DNA of 64,000 bases from an uncultured Actinomycetota bacterium (GCA_963736705.1 CAVTPV010000001.1:485232-549231); one strand, 5' to 3'. Shown: positions 29,250 to 39,937, numbered from the stretch's first letter. Numbers and translations are program-made. Notes: generated from the letters alone by a model not told the origin.

Positions 29250-30041
29250 TCAGTCTTTCGGCGGAGCGTCGTCGATGATGCGGACCGGGCGGACGTACAG
29301 GTAGAACGACTCCGACCAATCGGCGAAGTCGAGCGGGGATTCCTGCATGGCGGCCACGTACTGCCGGAAGGCGCCCGCCTGCTCGATGCTGTCGAGCCAG
29401 AACGACACGAACATGTCGTACACCGGCGGATCGACCATCTTGAAGTGGGCCCGCGCCGCGGCGTCGTTGTCGTTCACGCGGGAGCGCTTGCTCACGACGA
29501 TCTTGCGGAACTGCTCCTCGGCGTACGGCGAAGCGGCCATCGCAGCATCATGGGCCTGCTGCCAGAGCGCGTAATAGTCGTTGGGGAAGACGTCCGGCTT
29601 GCGCATGATGAAGTGCATGATCTTGAGCGCACCCACGCCGGGCTCGCCCAGGCCGGGGTTGAACTTGGGCCGGGGGTTCGCCACCGGCAGTTCGGTCTCC
29701 TCGGCCATGACGATGATGTTGGTGGGCTCGTCGGCGAAGAAGCGGCCGTCCTGGTTGGCCCGCGACGTGGTGACGCCTTCGGGCTCGAGGGTGGCAAGCA
29801 GCTCGCGGAAAGCGCTGAAGTGCAGCTCCACCACGCCGTCACGGTCGGCGACCTTGTTGTGATGGCTGGTGTCGGAGAGAGCACCGAAGGCGCCATCGAG
29901 CACGTGGTTCTGGATGTACTTGTCGATCTTGAAGCGTTCCAGACGGGCGACCGTGCCGTGGTAATGCTCGATATAGCGGAAATACTCCGCCCGTGTGAGC
30001 CCCGGCCGGCGGCGGGAGACCGCAGTCAGTTTGATGGGCAC
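29250..30041 (-). CDS. tandem EthD-like (dimeric alpha-beta barrel) protein
   Basis: GTG 30041 after GGAGG. N-terminal KLTAVSRRRPGLTRAEYFRYIEHYHG and a second half LKIMHFIMRKPDVFPNDYYALWQQAH both fit the EthD pattern. The stop lies 1 nt from the next start. Confidence 0.55.
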   Translation of the reverse strand: MPIKLTAVSRRRPGLTRAEYFRYIEHYHGTVARLERFKIDKYIQNHVLDGAFGALSDTSHHNKVADRDGVVELHFSAFRELLATLEPEGVTTSRANQDGRFFADEPTNIIVMAEETELPVANPRPKFNPGLGEPGVGALKIMHFIMRKPDVFPNDYYALWQQAHDAAMAASPYAEEQFRKIVVSKRSRVNDNDAAARAHFKMVDPPVYDMFVSFWLDSIEQAGAFRQYVAAMQESPLDFADWSESFYLYVRPVRIIDDAPPKD

Positions 30042-30076
30042 CGAACACCTCCTACTATCGCTATGCGCGAACCGTA

Positions 30077-30115
30077 ACTATAGGACTCTGTCTTGGTGTT
30101 ACTCAGAATAGAGTA
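30077..30115 (-). promoter_or_regulatory. TATAGT -10 box plus TACTC-N6-GAGTA palindrome upstream of the EthD/PhlG-like operon
   Basis: TATAGT on the minus strand (30077-30082). The palindrome TACTCAGAATAGAGTA (30100-30115) contains the 9-mer AGAATAGAG, also present at 7093-7101. Confidence 0.35.
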
Positions 30116-30163
30116 GCAGAATGCCCCGCATCGCGCACTGCTCGTGATAGACCGTCTCGTGCT

Positions 30164-31108
30164 TCAGGAAACGGCGTCGGGCGGCACCGGCGGCGGAGTC
30201 GCGGCCAGTTGCTTCACGGTGTCCGCGTAGCGGTCGAACTCGGCCTGGAGGTCGAGGCGTCCGGAGTACACGGCCTGCACCGCTAGGAACATACAGAGAG
30301 CCGCCCATAACACGTCGTCCCGGGAATAACGGTCGTCCCAGGAAGCGCGCATGACCACGTTCTCGACACCCCCGAGCAGCGCGTAGGCCATCAACTCATC
30401 CGCCACCGGGAGCCGGGTCCCCAGCTTTCGGCGGGTCTCCCCGAGATCGTCGAGCACGTCCTGGGTCATCCCTTTGTATGAGCGCTGGACGGCCTTCCGC
30501 AGAGCGCCATCCTCGTCCTCGTGAAGGGCCTCCGACCGCACCAGCCCCATGAGGTCCGGACTCAGCGTCTGCACCCCCAGATAGGCCTGCACCCTGGTGA
30601 GCTCGCGGGCGCCCGGGTCGGGCTCTTCGGCCAACCGGCTCTCGAGGAACTTGCGCATCCAGCCCACGAACACCCCGAAGGCCTCAACGAAAAGGTCCTG
30701 CTTGGAGGGGAAGTGGCCGTAGAAGACCGGCGGGGTGATGCCCACCTCTTTGATGATGTCGGCCACGCGGGTGCGCTTGTAGCCCTTGCGGACGAACAGC
30801 CGGGCCGCTGTTGCCAGGATGGCCTGCCGGGTCTGTTCGTTCTGCTCGGCTACGAGGTCGGTGTCGTCGGCCTCCGCGGCCTCGATCTTGTCTGCCAGAC
30901 GCTCCTTGACGGCATGCAGAGGGATCCCCTGCTCCTTGAGAGCGCTGATGTCGCTCAGCAGAGCCAGGTGCCTGTCGGTGTAGATGGCCCGGCTGGCCGC
31001 GGCCTTCTGGGCAGTCGGCAGCAATCCCTCGCGCACGTAATAGTAGATGGTGCTGCGCGGGATCCCGGAGGCCTTCTCGAGATCGATGATAGTAAGCGAC
31101 CGCATCAT
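30164..31108 (-). CDS. hybrid regulator: MerR-type N-terminal HTH fused to a TetR-type HTH/ligand domain
   Basis: MerR-like LTIIDLEKASGIPRSTIYYYVREGLLP...RAIYTDRHLALL, followed by TetR-like ILATAARLFVRKGYKRTRVADIIKEVGITPPVFYGHFPSKQDLF. Confidence 0.7.
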   Translation of the reverse strand: MMRSLTIIDLEKASGIPRSTIYYYVREGLLPTAQKAAASRAIYTDRHLALLSDISALKEQGIPLHAVKERLADKIEAAEADDTDLVAEQNEQTRQAILATAARLFVRKGYKRTRVADIIKEVGITPPVFYGHFPSKQDLFVEAFGVFVGWMRKFLESRLAEEPDPGARELTRVQAYLGVQTLSPDLMGLVRSEALHEDEDGALRKAVQRSYKGMTQDVLDDLGETRRKLGTRLPVADELMAYALLGGVENVVMRASWDDRYSRDDVLWAALCMFLAVQAVYSGRLDLQAEFDRYADTVKQLAATPPPVPPDAVS

Positions 31109-31158
31109 GAGCGATGATGACACCGGGCACGGCCACCGGCAAGCGATGGGACGGACAG

Positions 31159-31362
31159 ATGGAGTGTAAGAAGGAGACCAACCTCAGCCGCTGCACCTGC
31201 AGTTGGCCTTCGTGTTCGCGCAAGGGCGTCTGCTGCGACTGCATCGCCTACCACTTGGAGAGCCGGGAATTGCCGGCATGCGCCTTCCCCGCCGATGCGG
31301 AGCGCACCTACGACCGCACGTTCGAGCACTTCGCCAGGCTGGTGGAGCAGGGCAAGGTCTAA
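31159..31362 (+). CDS. small Cys-rich protein (DUF6485-like)
   Basis: MECKKETNLSRCTCSWPSCSRKGVCCDCIAYH...LPACAF. Met at 31159 within ORF 31114..31362. Divergent from the MerR-TetR gene. Confidence 0.45.
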   Translation: MECKKETNLSRCTCSWPSCSRKGVCCDCIAYHLESRELPACAFPADAERTYDRTFEHFARLVEQGKV

Positions 31363-32285
31363 GGAGTCTGCGCAGCCGGCCGCGGCCGCCTCATGGCCAG
31401 CAACCCCTGCACCGCCAATACCAACAGCGCGCCGATGATGCAGGCCATACCGACTGCCTCCAGCGCGGTCACCCGCTCGTGCAGCACCAACGCCGCCGCC
31501 CCGATGCCGATCACCGGCGTGGCCAGCGTGCTGATGCCCGCCACTCCGGTGGGCAGCACCTGCAGTACGTAGAGCCACAGCGCCCAGGCCAGCGCCGTCG
31601 CCGGGATGACGTTGTAGGCCAACGCCCCGATGAAACCGCCCGTCCACTCGATGGGCCGAGCATGCACGAACACCGCGATGACGATGATGGGAATGCTGCC
31701 GTAGAGCATCTGCCAGGCGGTCAGGTTGATGACGTCCGTGGGACCCCGGGCGCGGATCTTCTTGGCCACGATGGCGCTGAGCGCCCAGCAGAGGCCGGAG
31801 CCGAGAGCGAGCAGCTTGCTCTGCAGACTGCCGCCCAGGTGCGCCGGGTCGAGCACCAGCACCAGTCCGGCCAGCGAGAAGGCCGCGGCCAGCCAGCCAA
31901 GGCCACGAACGCGCTCCCCGAGCAGCGCCCAGCCGAGGATCATCGCCCAGAAGGGCATGGTGTAGACGAGCGCCGACACACGCCCCGCGGCCCCGCTCTG
32001 CAGGGCCCACATCAGCAGGCCGATCATGCCCGTGGTCTGGAGCAGGCCGAGGACGATGGTGAGCCCGATCTGCGTGGGCTTCATGGGCCGGCGCAGGATG
32101 GCGAGCACGATGAACAGGGCCACGGCGCCGAGGCCGCAGCGGAGGGCGGTGAAAGGCCAGGGGTCGGCGTGTTGCAGACCCTGCTTCATGACCACCCAGT
32201 TGTAGCCGAGGAAGATGGACTGGAGCGCCATGGCCCCGATGGCCAGGGGCATCCGGTAATGGTCTTCTCGTCGCGAAGCGGTCAT
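31359..32285 (-). CDS. EamA/DMT-family transporter
   Basis: Met at 32285 overlaps the upstream stop (ATGA). About 10 hydrophobic helices, typical of a duplicated EamA architecture. Confidence 0.75.
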   Translation of the reverse strand: MTASRREDHYRMPLAIGAMALQSIFLGYNWVVMKQGLQHADPWPFTALRCGLGAVALFIVLAILRRPMKPTQIGLTIVLGLLQTTGMIGLLMWALQSGAAGRVSALVYTMPFWAMILGWALLGERVRGLGWLAAAFSLAGLVLVLDPAHLGGSLQSKLLALGSGLCWALSAIVAKKIRARGPTDVINLTAWQMLYGSIPIIVIAVFVHARPIEWTGGFIGALAYNVIPATALAWALWLYVLQVLPTGVAGISTLATPVIGIGAAALVLHERVTALEAVGMACIIGALLVLAVQGLLAMRRPRPAAQTP

Positions 32286-33187
32286 GAACGAGGCCTTTCC
32301 TTTCGACGCAATGCCGGCCGGGACAGGTCGGCCGTGCTGGTCCACGCGGCCCCCGCCGCCGCCAGCACGATGGCCACGATGCCGAAGAGTTCACGCAGCG
32401 CGAGCCGCTGAGACAGGATGACAAACCCCCACAAAGCCGCGATGGCGGGCTCGATGCTGAGCAGCACCCCGTACGTGGAGGGGCGGACCCGTCTTATGGC
32501 CGCCAGCTCCAGCGCGTAGGGCAGGGCCGAAGACATCACGGCCACGGCGAGGCCGAGCAGCAGCGCCCGCCCGTGGCCCCCGAACTTGACGCCCGTCCCG
32601 ATGAAGATGGGAGTCAGCACCACGCTGGATCCCACGAGCATGAATATGGTCGCCCGCAGCGAGCCGACGTTCCGGGTGGCGAGCTTGGCCGAGAGGATGA
32701 ACGCCGCCCAGCATCCGCCGGCGACGAGCGCAAAGACGATGCCCAGCCAGGTGGTGGTCCCGCTTGGCTCGGCCAGCAGCGCGATGCCCGCGGCCGCCAG
32801 CACCACCCAAAGCCCGTCCAGCAGACGCCGCGACCCCGCTACCGCCACCCCCAGCGGCCCCAGGAACTCGATGGCCACCACGATGCCCACCGGCGCCCGG
32901 CTGATGGCTTCGTAGAAGGCGAAGTTCATAGCCAGCAGACTGACGGTGAGGGCCAGCAGCGGCAGCCGCTCCCCCTTGGCCGGCATCCGGAGCAGCCGCG
33001 GCCGGGCGGCCACCAGTATCAGCGCGGCCAGCGCGGTCCGCAGCCACAGCGCCTCCACCACGCCCACGTCCTCGATGACCAGGACGGCCACAGCGGAGCC
33101 GGCCTGCATGAGCAGGCCCACGACGACCACCAGCATGACCGCTGTGGCCGAGTCGCGCCGGGTGATCTGTGGGGCGTTCGCGAACAC
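32282..33187 (-). CDS. EamA/DMT-family transporter
   Basis: 301-aa polytopic membrane ORF, translationally coupled to the downstream EamA gene. Confidence 0.75.
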   Translation of the reverse strand: MFANAPQITRRDSATAVMLVVVVGLLMQAGSAVAVLVIEDVGVVEALWLRTALAALILVAARPRLLRMPAKGERLPLLALTVSLLAMNFAFYEAISRAPVGIVVAIEFLGPLGVAVAGSRRLLDGLWVVLAAAGIALLAEPSGTTTWLGIVFALVAGGCWAAFILSAKLATRNVGSLRATIFMLVGSSVVLTPIFIGTGVKFGGHGRALLLGLAVAVMSSALPYALELAAIRRVRPSTYGVLLSIEPAIAALWGFVILSQRLALRELFGIVAIVLAAAGAAWTSTADLSRPALRRKERPRS

Positions 33188-33279
33188 CTTCTGAAAGTAC
33201 AGCGGCGGACCCCATCAGGCAAACCCGAGGTGCGCGCGGGGTGGGACCGACGCCCACCTAGTGAACACAAAGGAGTATC

Positions 33280-34593
33280 ATGGCGGCCACTTCCCCCTCG
33301 TTAGCAAGGATATCGGAGGCCTCTTTGCGCGCAATGTGGCGCACCCCTGCGGGGCGCGGTTTCATCATGCTGGCTGTCATGACGGCCTGCTACGGCTTCG
33401 CGTCGAACGCCCAGGGCAACATCGTCACGAACTACCTGGAAGAGGTGCTCCACTTCTCCGGGCCGCAGTTCGGGTACTTCACGGCCATCCGGGAAGTGGG
33501 CGGACTCGTCCTCATCTTCCTCACCGCGCTGATGTACCGGATCTCCCTGCAGCGGGTCACGGCGGGCGCCCTGGTGATACTCGGTCTGGGCTTCGCGTTC
33601 TTCACCGTGGCCCACGACTTCGTCACCCTCATCCCCTGGGTGCTGCTCAGTAGCTTCGGCCTGCACACCATCCTGCAGACCCAGTACTCGCTCGGGTTGA
33701 CGCTCACCACCCAGGACAAGAGCGGCACCGTCCTCGGCAGGATAGCCGCGTTCGGCCAGGCGGGCACGCTCCTGGCCTACGTGATGGTCTTCTTCCTCTT
33801 CCAGTTCAAGTGGATGTCGTTCAAGTGGACGTTCATCATCCTCGGCGTGGTCGCGGTGCTCGGCGCCGTCGCCATCTTTCGCTTCCCGCACCTGCACGAG
33901 GGAGAGACAAGGAAGGTCGCGCCAAAGCGGGAGCGCATCGTCTTCCGGCGGGCCTACAAGTACTACTACTGGCTCAACCTGCTCGATGGAGGCCGCCAGC
34001 AGATCTTCTTCTCCTTTGGTGTGTGGGTGCTGGTGAAGGAGTTCGATTTCAAGGTCCCGCAGGTATCGCTGCTGCTCATCGCCGTGACGTTCGTCAGTAT
34101 GATCAGTTCGTCGTGGATAGGGCGCTCCATCGACCGGCTGGGAGAACGCCGTTCCCTTTCGTATATCAACATCCTGTACATCGTGGCGCTGGGCGGCTAC
34201 GCCCTCTCGGGCAACGTGTGGCTGGCCTGCTTCTTCTACCTCATCTACGCGGTCATCTCCCCGTTCTCGTACCTTGGGGCGGCCGTGTACCTGCGGAAGA
34301 TCGCGGTGCCCGAGGACGTCGCCTCCAGCCTCTCCATGGGCGTGACACTCCTTCACGCCACGGCGGTGGTGGTGCCGGTGGTGGCCGGCTACATCCTCAC
34401 CTTCACCGGCTACCAGATACCGTTCTTCATCGCCTGCGGGTTCGCGCTCGCCAACTTCTTCGTGACCCTGGGCCTCGACCCGGTCAAGCAGCGCTGCGCG
34501 GCGCGAGTGGCCCTGGATGAGGCGGCCCTGGCCGAGGCCGCGCGGGGAGATGCGGCCGAAGCGGAGTTGCGGCACGTGGGAGGGGACGCCTAA
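33280..34593 (+). CDS. MFS transporter
   Basis: 437 aa with about 12 hydrophobic segments and a central loop (HEGETRKVAPKRERIVFRR). Confidence 0.8.
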   Translation: MAATSPSLARISEASLRAMWRTPAGRGFIMLAVMTACYGFASNAQGNIVTNYLEEVLHFSGPQFGYFTAIREVGGLVLIFLTALMYRISLQRVTAGALVILGLGFAFFTVAHDFVTLIPWVLLSSFGLHTILQTQYSLGLTLTTQDKSGTVLGRIAAFGQAGTLLAYVMVFFLFQFKWMSFKWTFIILGVVAVLGAVAIFRFPHLHEGETRKVAPKRERIVFRRAYKYYYWLNLLDGGRQQIFFSFGVWVLVKEFDFKVPQVSLLLIAVTFVSMISSSWIGRSIDRLGERRSLSYINILYIVALGGYALSGNVWLACFFYLIYAVISPFSYLGAAVYLRKIAVPEDVASSLSMGVTLLHATAVVVPVVAGYILTFTGYQIPFFIACGFALANFFVTLGLDPVKQRCAARVALDEAALAEAARGDAAEAELRHVGGDA

Positions 34594-34696
34594 GAAAGAC
34601 CGGGGCCCCCGGGTTCGCACCCGGGGGCCCCTCGTGTTTCCGATTCCGCCCGTCCGGCCGCCGGTCGAGACCGGGCCTTGACGGCTGGTGAAAGAC

Positions 34697-37623
34697 TTAC
34701 CTGCCGACCTTCACCGTCTGGGAGGCGGTGTCACCGTTGGCGTCGTCACCAAGGATGGCTTCGTTGGTGATCTTGGTGCCCACCGGCGTGCCGTGGTTGA
34801 CCTTCACCGTGAACACGAGAGTCTTGATGGCGTGCGCCGGTAGAGTGCCCTTCCACTCGATGCTCTTGGTGGAAGCGTTGTAGTACATGCCCTTGACGAA
34901 CGTGGTCCCCGCGGGGATGGCATCGGTGAGCGTGTATGGCTGCGCCGCAGGGCTTATGTTCTTGACCGTCAGCACGTAGGTGATGGTCTTGCCGGAGAAG
35001 AACTTGGCTTGGGTGGCCATCATGCCCAGGTCGCCGAGCTGCTTGGCGTTCCAGAACGCGATGGTGCCCCAGCTGCCGTCCCTGGCTTTGTCGAGCACGG
35101 CCAGGTTGATGCCGTACTGGACGCCGTCGTCGCGCGGATCGCCGGTGCCGAGGATGGTGTCACCGAGATCGAATCCAAAGAAGTCGGGGATGAGGTTCTT
35201 GTCGCCGTCGGTGATCTTGGTGCTGTACGCGCCCTTGGTCAGGCATGGCGGCGCTGGCGAACGCATCCCAGAAGTAGAGACCCTCGTCGGCCGGCCGGTA
35301 CCGCAGACCCGGATAGTAGCCGAGCGAATCGTGGAACTGCGAGACTCCCGGCTGCGACGCGAACGTCTTGGTCTCGAGCACGTCCCCGGTCGCCGTATCG
35401 GCGCGGCGGATGGTGAACGATTTCGTCGGCTGCAGCGTGAACGTGGCGTTGCCCGGTTGCGCCCTCGAGTTGAGGCGCAGGTGAGCGTCGGTGGTGCCCA
35501 TGCCCTCCCACTCGAGCGGCCAGTAGTGGCTGTCCACCACGAGCAACGCGTGTTTGGGACCGTAGCTGGGCGGATCGATCAGAGCCCGCGTCGTAGAGCG
35601 TGTAGTCGAAGTCGTAGGCGCCGTTGCGGATCCACAGAAGCATGCCGGGCACCGTGTACGGAGCGCGGTCGACTTCCCACTCGGTGGTGGCTTCGTTGTT
35701 GTAGACCGTCACGTAGGGATACTTGAGGCCGCGGTCGAAGCCGCTGTTGTTGCGCCACTCGGCCAGGTAGTACACGGGATGGCTCTTCGTGAGAGGCACT
35801 ATGACGAAGTTGTTGGTGGTCCAGCCGTTCGGCGTGGTCTCGACGTCATCGGCGAAGAGGGTGGTAGCGCCATCGGCGAGCAAGAAGTCGTCTGCCTGCC
35901 AACCGGCCCATTGGACACCCACGTCGCTGACGTAGTGCAGCCGTAAGCTGATCTGCTTGCCCGCATAAGCGGCCAGGTCGAAGCGCAGAGTGCTCGTGCT
36001 CTCCCCGGTGAGGCCGATGCCGCCCATGCCGTCATCCACGAAGAGGCCGTCCATGTCGGGCAGCTGGGTCCAGTTGGTCCCGCCGTCCTCGCTGACCTCT
36101 ACGTAGCCGTAGTCGTATTCCTCCTCGAAGCTCCAGAAGCTGGCGAACGAGAAGATCGGGGCAGTGGCGGCCGTCAGATCGAAGTCGTGCGCCAGATAGA
36201 AGTCGGCAAGGTCACTGCGTTGAGACCAGTAGGCGTTGCCGGTGCCCGCTTTGTTGTCGACGGTGACGACCGTGTCGGGCAGGTTGATCTTGAGGCCCTG
36301 CTGGGTGCCCCTGGGCCGCAGCGAGAGCTGCCCGACCCTCAGGGTGGTCGCCTTGGAGTTGTAGTTCACCTCGACCGGCTTGGCCCAGCCCACGATGTAG
36401 CGGAAGTACAGCGAGAACGGAGCGGGCTGCATGCCGCCGAGGACGCCGTTCCAGGAGCCGGCTTCCATGATGGTCCAGTTGGACGGGGAAGCCTGAGCAT
36501 CCGTGGTGTAGATGTCCGGGAGACCGAACGCGGCGTGGCCGTATTCTTCGGAGATGACGCCCACATCGAGGTTCTCAGGATCCATGCTGTATTCACGGAC
36601 GTAGATATCCCGGACGCCGTTGTCGGCCGCGGATGATGCGAGGTAGCCCGCGGGATAGTCGATAGCAGAGGCGTGCGACCAGATGGAGTCCGCACCCTGC
36701 TGGCCTCCGCCCGCCTCCTGGCCCATGCCGGCATGGATGACGGTGAAGTTGTCGACGATGCCGTCGCCGTCGCCGTCGTACTGCACCCAGTCGAAGTCCG
36801 GGTCGTCGGCGTTGACGGCGTCCACGACCTCCCTGACCAGATCACCGGCGCGGGGACTGTTGTTCGTGTCGCTCTTGTCGTGGCCGTAATAGGCTTCGGA
36901 ATGCTCAGCCATCAGCCACTTGGGATAGACGGCGCCGTGCGGCTGGAACTTGCCTTCGGACTGTTCCAGATAGTAGTTGGCCATCGTGTTGCCGCGCAGG
37001 TCGACCGTTCCGAGGTTGGGATGGTCGACCACGACCCCAGCGGTGGGGCCGACGCCGAAGTACAGCTCTTCGTAGAGGCTCGGGGAGCTGTCGTCATACC
37101 AGATGGTGTTGTTGTCCCGCGGACCGGGCGCCGGGATCGTGTTGTGCAACGGGCCCGCGCCGGTGATGTCGGCACCCCCGTCGATCGGGTAACCCGGGAA
37201 GGTCTCTTCCGCGGCTGGGAACTCCACCGCCACGGCAAGGCTCATGAACTGCGACGTGGTCACCTGCACCGGGCTGCCCGCTTGCTCGTTGTGAAGGATC
37301 TTCTCGAGCTTGTGCGGGTTCGGAGTGGTGGGGTTGCGTTTCGCCCACTCCTGCCGGAAGGCCTGGATGGCCTGCGCCTTGAGGTTCCCCTTCATGGGGA
37401 TCTTGAAGTCGGCCAGGATGTCCTCGACGGCGTCGTCCTTGGGAACGACCAGATGCTGCGCGAACTTCCCTTCACTGAACATGGGAAGCGCCTTGACCTG
37501 GGCGGTCACATCGGCGGCGTCGGGACCGGATGCCAGCGCCACCGAGGTGATGGCCACAGCCACCACAATGACGGCGATCAGCGCCCCGGCGATCCACCAA
37601 AAACGAGGTCTCCGTCCACGCAT
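34697..37623 (-). pseudogene. M6-family (immune inhibitor A-like) secreted metalloprotease, 2 frame breaks (near 35585 and 35250)
   Basis: N-terminal anchor RFWWIAGALIAVIVVAVAI. M6 core ...ISEEYGHAAFGLPDIY in ORF 35239..37623. C-terminal parts in ORFs 35160..35546 and 34697..35266. Confidence 0.8.
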
Positions 37624-37919
37624 AATGCCACCCCTTCCAGATCACGGACCCCAGAACGCCGCTTTTCCCCTCGGGGCGAGCACTGCATACCCCTATGCAG
37701 GCTCCCAGAAAGCCCACAGTAGAAAAAAGCTTCCGCATTGTCAATGCGCTTTCGACCGGGCGGTCAAGGCAGCTGCGTGGGCTGCGCCGGAAGGTAGCGA
37801 CAGGCGAGGACGAAGCCCTCCGGGCTTGATAGGTGAGTAATATGCTTTGCGGATCATTTCAGTGGGCAACTGGGTATCTAGAGTCTCTGGAGGCCGCGGA
37901 GGGATCTTCGGAGGAATAG

Positions 37920-39155
37920 ATGAAGCGGTTACTGGTGATCGGTGCGGGCACGGCGGGCACGATGGTGGTGAACCGCCTGCGGCGGATCCTCGACGTCGAT
38001 GAATGGAAGATCACCATCGTCGACCCGGCTGGAGACCCACTACTACCAACCGGGCTTCCTGTTCATCCCCTTCGGCATGTACAGCAAGAACGACGTCGTC
38101 AAGCCCAAGCGGGACTTCATCCCGGCCGGCGTCGACGTCATCAAGGCCGCGGCCGACGTCATCGAGCCGGACAAGAACCAGGTGAAGCTGGTGGATGGCG
38201 ACGATCCTCCACTACGACGTCCTGGTGGTGGCCACCGGCACCGACATCCACCCGGAGGAGACCCCCGGTCTGCAGGGGCCCGAGTGGCGCCGCTCCATCT
38301 TCGACTTCTACAGCATCGACGGCGCTCAGGCGCTGGCCAAGCACCTGCGCACCTGGCAGGGCGGCCGGCTGGTGTTGAACGTGGTGGAGAACCCCATCAA
38401 GTGCCCGGTCGCGCCCCTCGAGTTCATCATGCTGGCCGACTGGTTCTTCCACGAGCAGGGCATCCGCGACCGGGTCGAACTGATCTACGCCACCCCGCTG
38501 CCCGGCGCGTTCACCAAGCCGATCGCCTCCAAGTATCTGGGCGACATCCTGGAGGGCAAGGGCGTCAAGGTGGTGCCGGAGTTCCTGGTGGAGCACGTGG
38601 ACCCGGAAGCCAAGAAGATCGTCCACTACGACGAGACCGAGTTGGAGTACGACCTCCTGGTGACGGTGCCGCTCAACAAGGGCGACGACCTCCTGGCCCG
38701 GTCGGGCATGGGGGACGAGCTCAACTACGTCCCCGTCGACAAGCACAGCTTCCTGTCGCCCGACCACCCGAACGTGTTCGTGCTCGGTGACGCAGCGTCG
38801 CTGCCCACGTCCAAGAGCGGTTCGGGCGCCCACTTCGCGGTCGACTGTTTCGCCGCCGAACTTCCTCCGCTACCTCGACGGGCTCGATACCAACCCGCCC
38901 TACGACGGCCACACCAACTGCTTCATCGAGTCGGGGTTCGGCAAGGGGCTGCTGATCGACTTCAACTACGACGTGGAGCCGCTGCCCGGCCGCTACCCGC
39001 TGCCCGGCATCGGCCCGTTCGCGTTGCTTCAGGAATCGGAGATGAACCACTGGGGCAAGATGATGTTCCGCTGGATGTACTGGAACATCCTGTTGAAGGG
39101 CAAGGAACTACCATTGCCGGCGCTCATGAGCATGTCCGGCAAGTACAGGAAGTAG
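37920..39155 (+). pseudogene. sulfide:quinone-oxidoreductase-like FAD-dependent oxidoreductase, 3 frame breaks
   Basis: MKRLLVIGAGTAGT (ORF 37920), ETHYYQPGFLFIPFG (ORF 37999), ENPIKCPVAPLEF...VFVLGDAAS (ORF 38195), and the C-terminus in ORF 38787..39155. Confidence 0.75.
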
Positions 39156-39165
39156 GGGTGGCGTG

Positions 39166-39899
39166 ATGGAAGAGCGTCCCATCTCCGCGGCGCCCGCCGC
39201 GCCCGGCCCGGCGGCGGAGCCCGCCGCGGCAGTGCCCCCGGCCACGGACCTCGCCGCTCTCGATCAGAAGCTCGACGTCCTCTCGGTGCAGGTGAACTAC
39301 CTCATCGAACAGGCGCAGGAGACGGCCCGCCGTCAGCGGGAGCGCTCGGAGCTGCTGCACGACGCCCTGCCCATCGCCAACGACGCCCTCGGCTTGGTGA
39401 CCGAGCAGTTGGACGAGATCCAGGGATACATCGACCTCTCCGACATCCTCCGCCTCCTCAAGCGGCTGCTCCGGAACGGCCGCAACATCGACAGGATGCT
39501 CGATCAGCTCGAAGGCCTCATGGACCTGGCCTCGACGGCCGGCCCGCTGGCCAACGACGTCTTCGGAAGGATCACCGACCAGCTCGAGGTGGCCGAGCAA
39601 CGCGGCTACTTCGCCCTCGCCAAGGGTGGCGCCCGTGCGATCGACCGGGTGGCCGGCTCCCTGACGCCCGAGGACCTCGATTGCCTGGCCGACAACGCCG
39701 TGGTGGTGATCTCGGCCTTCCAGGGACTCTGCCAGCCGGTGGACGCCCCGTCGTTCCGAGGGCTGCTGCGCCAGATGCGCGATCCCGGACGTGCGCCGGG
39801 GCCTCGTCGATAGTGATGCGCATGCTGCGCGCCGTCGGCGCCGAAGCGGCCGCCAGACAACAGGCGAGCGCCGCGCCCGGCAGCGGCGCGACCGAATAG
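39166..39899 (+). pseudogene. DUF1641-domain protein, frame breaks near 39790-39810
   Basis: ORF 39163..39813 holds the coiled N-terminal part. A DUF1641-like tail, ...LLRQMRDP / DVRRGLV / IVMRMLRAVG, is spread over three frames; stop at 39899. Confidence 0.65.
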
Positions 39900-39937
39900 A
39901 GACGAACCAGGAATCCCCGACCAGGAGGAACGACCGA

